DNA of 38,302 nt from positions 1 through 38,302 of IMG/VR virus record IMGVR_UViG_3300025968_000009. One strand, 5' to 3'. Both the position numbers and the translations under genes were made by a program. Shown here in pieces: positions 33,720 to 38,302 of this stretch; position 1 is the stretch's first letter, and each line of letters begins with the position of its first letter. The notes under the pieces were generated by a model that did no database searches, was not told the origin of the DNA, and saw only the letters and a program-made list of their open reading frames with translations. The stretch is from a virus. Its lineage: Duplodnaviria > Caudoviricetes.

Positions 33720-34645
33720 CGCTGGATCCGCCCCAGGATCGCGCCCAGGGCTTCCGGGCCTGGGTCCCTTCCTGGACGCCGCACGGACTCCGCCCGCGCC
33801 GCCTCCTGGAGGAGGGAGGACCGCCGCGCCTCCGCCTGGACGAACACGTACTGCAGGACGTCCCCCGCCTTGGTCGTCGGGGCTTCATGGATCCACCGCG
33901 CGACCATCGCCGCCATGCCTGGATCCTTGTCCATGATCCGCCAGAGACGCCCACGGGGAGACGTGTCCTTGTCTGGATCGTCCGGTGCGTTCTCCGGGGA
34001 TGGGCCTGGGGGAGGTGTCCGGAGACCCTTCGCCAGCCACGCCTCCCGGACCGTCGCCCAGAGGGGGCCGGGGAACGTCCTCCACGCGTCCAGTTGGGCC
34101 TTGGTCAGCGTCACCTCGCGCGCGGGAGATGTTCTCCTGGGACTCTCTCCAGGACTCTTGTTCTCTCTCTCCCTCTGATTCTCTATCTTGGCTGGATCCG
34201 GCTGGATGGCGGCTGGAGACGATCCAGCCGTCGGCTGGACGTCCGCTTGCCGCCCGCTGGATCCCGGCTGGACCCTGCCACGCTCATCCCGGACCGCCTG
34301 GGACGCCCTCGCGCGACCGCCCAGACGGGAGATCTCCCGGTGCTGGTCCTCCCGGTCCTGGACCTCGCGGATCGCCCGCGCGCCCCACTTCTCCCAGGAG
34401 TCCGCCGGGATCCGACCGTCCGCGTCCAGGAGGCGGACCGCCTGGAGACGCCCCAGGGGGCCAGGAGGGAGATCCTGGTCGTCCACCTCGCGCGTCCCCG
34501 TCCTCCAGGACTCCAGGACCACCAGGAGCCACGCGCCCAGGGCCTCCAGATACTCCCCCTCTGGGTACTTCCGGGCGAGCCTCTGGACCTTCGGATCCGA
34601 TGTAAGATCCGTCGCGATCTTGGCCCAGGGAAGTCCCCCGCTCAT
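33716..34645 (-). CDS. putative replication initiator (lambda O / replisome-organiser-like)
   Basis: WAKIATDLTSDPKVQRL N-terminus; central low-complexity region carrying iterons; start moved to 34645. Confidence 0.7.
   Translation of the reverse strand: MSGGLPWAKIATDLTSDPKVQRLARKYPEGEYLEALGAWLLVVLESWRTGTREVDDQDLPPGPLGRLQAVRLLDADGRIPADSWEKWGARAIREVQDREDQHREISRLGGRARASQAVRDERGRVQPGSSGRQADVQPTAGSSPAAIQPDPAKIENQRERENKSPGESPRRTSPAREVTLTKAQLDAWRTFPGPLWATVREAWLAKGLRTPPPGPSPENAPDDPDKDTSPRGRLWRIMDKDPGMAAMVARWIHEAPTTKAGDVLQYVFVQAEARRSSLLQEAARAESVRRPGRDPGPEALGAILGRIQR
34141..34272. repeat. putative replication origin: GCTGGA iterons with ~11-bp phasing plus adjacent pyrimidine-rich tract
   Basis: GCTGGA at 34191, 34201, 34212, 34234, 34256, 34267, inverted copy at 34223; CT-rich lower-GC tract 34141-34190. 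Confidence 0.7.
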
Positions 34646-34800
34646 CGCTTCCGGCCCTTCCTCTCCCACGTCGCGGGGCACGTCGCCTGGACGTGGATGA
34701 TGTTCGTCCCCCGGAACGTCCAGAACTCTCCATCCCAGACCACCAGACGCCCGCACTCGCGGCACGGGACCGGACCCAGGATCGTCGGGTACTTGCTCAT
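34642..34800 (-). CDS. small zinc-finger-like protein (52 aa)
   Basis: MSKYP..CRECG..W..H..TCP; coupled to the initiator. Confidence 0.65.
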   Translation of the reverse strand: MSKYPTILGPVPCRECGRLVVWDGEFWTFRGTNIIHVQATCPATWERKGRKR

Positions 34801-34820
34801 CCTTTGGACCTCCGCCGGGA

Positions 34821-35120
34821 TCATACCCGTCTCAGGTACGCCCGGAGTTCGGGACGGTGGGACGTCGCCCATCCGTCCAGGTGGTGATGCTCGCAGACCG
34901 TCGCGAGGTGCTGGGGATCGGAGGGAGCGCGCCTCCCCATCCTGGGGGCATCCTTCACGTGGTCCAGGGTCAGGCGACCCCGGCACGTCGCCGGATCCTC
35001 CCCCAGGAGGACGGCCACGCATCCACCGTCGCGGGAGAGGACCCGGACCCGCATCTCCGGAGAGACGGGATCACGGGTCCCCTTCCGTCCCCGGCGGTGG
35101 ACCGGCTTCGGGTATAGCAC
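34821..35120 (-). CDS. HNH endonuclease-like protein
   Basis: VLSRDGGC..C..LTLDHV..L.TVCEHHH. Confidence 0.8.
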   Translation of the reverse strand: MLYPKPVHRRGRKGTRDPVSPEMRVRVLSRDGGCVAVLLGEDPATCRGRLTLDHVKDAPRMGRRAPSDPQHLATVCEHHHLDGWATSHRPELRAYLRRV

Positions 35121-36185
35121 CTATCGGGGCCAGGACTCCTGCTCAGACGCGCGGTGCGCGCCCCGGTGCCGCTTCTGCAGGAGGCAGATCACCCCATCCG
35201 TGAACGGGGACGGGGCCTCACAGGCGACCCCTTCCGCCTCCTCCACCACGCGGACCTCGCCCGCCGGGTACGGCTCGCCCTCCTGGACCTCCTGGTAGAC
35301 CCCATCCAGGACCTCCACGGGCGTCTCAGCGGCCCCAGGGGCGACGTCCGCCTCCTGGACCTCCTCCTGGACCGGACCCGCGAGGATGCGATCCAGCAGG
35401 GCCTTCCTCTGGATCCCCGCGAGTGCGGAGACCGATCCGACGCCTGGGAACATGAGATCCCGGATCTCCCGGATCGTCGCCGGGTCGACGTCCGCGACCG
35501 CCGCCGCGAAGTCCGCGACGGAGATCCCGCCGTCCTCCTGGACGCGCGCCTGGAGTCGGTCCTGGAGGGACGGAGGAGGACCCGCCGGGGAGTCCGCCTG
35601 GGCCATCTCCTCCGCCGTGTAGACGTCGGACCCGATCCCGATCTCCCGGTTCGGATCCCACGGGAACGCCTTGCGGAGGGCCAGGGCCTCCGCGACCTTC
35701 GCGATCATCACGTGCGGCATCTTGTTCCACATGAACGCGTCCCCAGGGACGTACTCATGCCAGAACGCGGTCGCCGCGACCGCGCGGCTCATGCCCTTCC
35801 GATAGACCCGGACCGTCGCGGACTCCGGGTGCTGGGGACCCTTCCCGTCCGTGCAGGAGCAGGGAGGTCCGAACGTCGGTTCGTCCTGTCCGTCGTATTC
35901 GCCCGTCCGCGCCGCGATGGATCGGTACCCGTCGATGCCGGTCTGGATGGTCATCCGGGGACCCTGCTTGCTGGACCGCTTCACCGCGTAGATCTGGCGC
36001 GCGAACGGATCCAGACCGGACCGGACCGCGACCATCGCGAACAGTTGGAGTTCCCCGTCCGTGAGGTCGGGGGCCAGGGTCGCCCGGACCGTCTGGAGGC
36101 GGTCGAGGACCACCGCCTCCGGGGACCGGACCACGCCCGTCTGCTGGACCACCTGGACCGCCATCTCCGTGTTGTCGCCGCTCAT
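35121..36185 (-). CDS. bet: phage recombination protein Bet (RecT/Redbeta family)
   Basis: TDGELQLF..GLDPFARQIYAVKR..IQTGIDGYRSIA.RTGEY.G..W.KMP.VMIAKVAEALALRKAFP..YTAEEM. Confidence 0.92.
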   Translation of the reverse strand: MSGDNTEMAVQVVQQTGVVRSPEAVVLDRLQTVRATLAPDLTDGELQLFAMVAVRSGLDPFARQIYAVKRSSKQGPRMTIQTGIDGYRSIAARTGEYDGQDEPTFGPPCSCTDGKGPQHPESATVRVYRKGMSRAVAATAFWHEYVPGDAFMWNKMPHVMIAKVAEALALRKAFPWDPNREIGIGSDVYTAEEMAQADSPAGPPPSLQDRLQARVQEDGGISVADFAAAVADVDPATIREIRDLMFPGVGSVSALAGIQRKALLDRILAGPVQEEVQEADVAPGAAETPVEVLDGVYQEVQEGEPYPAGEVRVVEEAEGVACEAPSPFTDGVICLLQKRHRGAHRASEQESWPR

Positions 36186-37165
36186 CCCTTGGCTCCCTTC
36201 ACCCGGAGCACTCGCGGCCCCGGAACGATGCTGGTGTAGATGGACCGGATCGTCTGGATCTCATCCGCCGGGATGATCTCCGGGACCCGCTCCGCGATTA
36301 TCGCCTCCAGGGAGGACGCGTAGTCCGTCCAGGAGACCCGCTCCGAGTCCTTGTTCCGCCGATACGTCACGCCCCATCCGTCCCCTTCGATCCCATCGTG
36401 GTCTCCGATGAGGAACCGGATCGTGTTCTCCATCGCCGCGATCTGGGACTCTAGATCCTTCGCGTTCGCCTTGGCCGCGATGAGATCCTGGACCAGTTGC
36501 CGCGTCTGGGCATCGCCCTGGAGGAGATCCCCGGACGCCTCCGGGAACAGACGCCCGATGGCCTTCCTGGAGGACTCCGATCCATCCGGACGCGGGGGCA
36601 TCCGGAGGCGCAGCCGCTCCCGGAACGCGGACTCCATCCCGAAGATCCCCTCCCAGAGGCCGGGTTCGAACGGGACCGGGTAGACCGTGAACGCCCGCCC
36701 CGTCCAGACCGCGACGTCCGCGACCCTCGCCCCGGTGACGCCCATCTGGTGCTGCACCTGGACCTGGACGTCCGCCGGGACCCCGTTGTCCCACCTGGAG
36801 GAGGAGGTGTTCTTGGCCTCCACGATCCGCCCGTCCTCTGTCTCCCCGTCCAGGGAGGCGGACAGCCAGGGGAGATCCCTGGACTCCAGGACGCGACCCT
36901 TGCGGACCTTCCGCCCCGTCTCCTCCTGGTACATCTGGAGGATGATCCCCTCCATGTGGGTCCCGACCTGGAAGATCCTGGCCTGGGACTTGTCCGGTGC
37001 CTCCTGGACCGCCCCGATCTTCTCCGCGTAGAGGTCCAGGGCGGACCGATACGGGGACTCCCCGCAGATCACCGGGGCATCCGACGATCCGATGTGAGAC
37101 GCGCGGAACGCGTGCCACTCTGGGGATCCCTGTCGGACCCGGACCACCTTGGTCTGTGCGCTCAT
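36182..37165 (-). CDS. YqaJ-like viral recombinase exonuclease
   Basis: QGSPEWHAFR..IGSSD..G..E..ASLDG..EAK..QVQHQM.VTG. Confidence 0.93.
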   Translation of the reverse strand: MSAQTKVVRVRQGSPEWHAFRASHIGSSDAPVICGESPYRSALDLYAEKIGAVQEAPDKSQARIFQVGTHMEGIILQMYQEETGRKVRKGRVLESRDLPWLSASLDGETEDGRIVEAKNTSSSRWDNGVPADVQVQVQHQMGVTGARVADVAVWTGRAFTVYPVPFEPGLWEGIFGMESAFRERLRLRMPPRPDGSESSRKAIGRLFPEASGDLLQGDAQTRQLVQDLIAAKANAKDLESQIAAMENTIRFLIGDHDGIEGDGWGVTYRRNKDSERVSWTDYASSLEAIIAERVPEIIPADEIQTIRSIYTSIVPGPRVLRVKGAKG

Positions 37166-37207
37166 CCCTTGCTCCTTCTCTCTGGGGACCCCATCGTCCC
37201 CCGTTCT

Positions 37208-37228
37208 TGTGACAGGTCGAGTGTCACA
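37208..37228. promoter_or_regulatory. palindrome TGTGACA-N7-TGTCACA upstream of exo-bet
   Basis: perfect 7-bp inverted repeat, relatively AT-rich, at a gene boundary. Confidence 0.35.
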
Positions 37229-37346
37229 GGCTCCAGAGGCCGGTCGCGTACTTCGCGAGGATCGCCCCTGCCATCCACGCGATCCCCAGGACCACCAGGA
37301 CCCAGAGGATCGCGCCCATGATCTCCATCCAGCGGGGTTCGTTCAT
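37224..37346 (-). CDS. 40-aa single-TM peptide (MNEPRWMEIMGAILWVLVVLGIAW...)
   Basis: ATGA-coupled to the upstream gene; hydrophobic; below track cutoff. Confidence 0.55.
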   Translation of the reverse strand: MNEPRWMEIMGAILWVLVVLGIAWMAGAILAKYATGLWSL

Positions 37347-37567
37347 CGGTCGCCCCAGAGGAACCGCGCCTCAGACTCCGTGAGCGCGTTCCCCTCCATC
37401 TGGACCCGGTAGACCGTCAGCACGCCGCCTGGGCCATCCTGGACGCCCTGGGGGCGAACGTGGAGGACGCGGAAGGGTTCGAACGAACCCCGCCGCGCCT
37501 CCTGGACTGCGAGATCGCGGGCGACGGCTTCCGTCGCCGCCCGGACCGTCACCTGGAGGACGTCCAC
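37343..37567 (-). CDS. hypothetical protein
   Basis: 74 aa, starts 2 nt after the upstream stop. Confidence 0.6.
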   Translation of the reverse strand: MDVLQVTVRAATEAVARDLAVQEARRGSFEPFRVLHVRPQGVQDGPGGVLTVYRVQMEGNALTESEARFLWGDR

Positions 37568-37568
37568 G

Positions 37569-38258
37569 TCAGTCCGCCTTGGCCTTCCGCGCCGCCAGGA
37601 GATCGCGGTACGCCTTGTAGGCGCGCCGCTCTGTGACCTCCGCCTCCACCAGGACGGACTTGGCGATCTTCATCCGACCGGAGACCTCGCGCCGCTCCTC
37701 CGGAGTCGTCGCCTTCTCCATCGCCTCCTCCAGACGGGCGACGTCGCGCTCCCGCCGCTCCGCCGTCCACTTCGCGCGCATCCGGATCAGTCGCGCGTTG
37801 TCGACGGGATCCGGGAGGACCCGGACCGCCTTGGCCGTGGACGCGTGGACCGCCTCCGCCTGGACCTGGGCCTCCGCCTGGATCACGTCCAGGGCGACCG
37901 CCGCCTCCTCCGGAGTCCGGACCGTGAGGTCCACGCTGGTCGTGGATCCGTCCGCGTGCTTCACCTTCCGGACGCGGGGGGCCTTCACGACCGCCGCGAC
38001 CGCCGGGGAGGCCAGGACCTCATCCGCCGTGGTCGTCCCCGCGAGGATCCCCCGGATCCCCTCCAGGACCGCCGCCTTGCCCGCCTCCACGCGGACCCCG
38101 TTCTCCGACGTCGGGATGCCGAGTCGCGCGTTCACGTCCTTCTGCTCCGCCGCGACCTTCGCCGCCGCGCGCCGCCGCCGCTGGGCCTCTGCCCGCCGCG
38201 CCTTCATGGCCTCCTGGATCTTCGCGTTCTCCGCCTGGACCTTGCTCTGTGCTGCCAT
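37569..38258 (-). CDS. hypothetical Ala/Arg/Glu-rich helical protein
   Basis: 229 aa, coiled-coil-like termini, GGAAGGA RBS. Confidence 0.7.
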   Translation of the reverse strand: MAAQSKVQAENAKIQEAMKARRAEAQRRRRAAAKVAAEQKDVNARLGIPTSENGVRVEAGKAAVLEGIRGILAGTTTADEVLASPAVAAVVKAPRVRKVKHADGSTTSVDLTVRTPEEAAVALDVIQAEAQVQAEAVHASTAKAVRVLPDPVDNARLIRMRAKWTAERRERDVARLEEAMEKATTPEERREVSGRMKIAKSVLVEAEVTERRAYKAYRDLLAARKAKAD

Positions 38259-38302
38259 CTGGATCTCATCCTTCCTGCTGGACCTGTCTCCGGGAGATCC
38301 CC

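Noticed and set aside
34821-35120. HNH as a mobile intron/homing element or packaging nuclease
   Set aside because: Free-standing 99-aa gene that does not interrupt another gene and is not next to the terminase; no splicing features seen.
37474-37490. GGGTTC-GAAC-GAACCC inverted repeat
   Set aside because: Inside a coding region, single copy, arms in the wrong order for an SOS box.
1-38302. tRNA or other structured RNA genes; alternative genetic code
   Set aside because: No cloverleaf or T-loop signature noticed in the short intergenic gaps; standard-code ORFs give intact full-length hallmark proteins.

Overview
The window is a high-GC (roughly 70% by eye) siphovirus-type tailed phage, possibly a complete circularly permuted 38.3-kb genome. 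All credible genes lie on the minus strand. In transcription order (right to left) it carries: YqaJ exonuclease and Bet recombinase; HNH; a replication initiator with an internal iteron origin; an RlpA-like DPBB protein; small Cys-rich proteins; RusA; a ParB-N protein plus a GREB1/TAGT-type glycosyltransferase; terminase; a fibre-like module between terL and portal; HK97-type portal; MuF with a DUF3626-like C-terminal domain; protease, capsid, neck and tail genes (with a -1 frameshift chaperone); and a C39-like lysis cassette. A final 4.4-kb early region is built from repeated promoter/palindrome/terminator cassettes and includes DUF932. I recognised no integrase, repressor, helicase, DNA methyltransferase or TET/JBP oxygenase. 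The most notable signals are the orphan ParB-N/glycosyltransferase DNA-modification module together with extreme genome-wide oligonucleotide bias, the modular early cassette array with a GGGGA-N2-TCCCC palindrome, and a candidate virion-delivered MuF toxin/immunity pair. All family calls are from motif recognition by eye, not database searches. The host is unknown (a high-GC monoderm is a guess).
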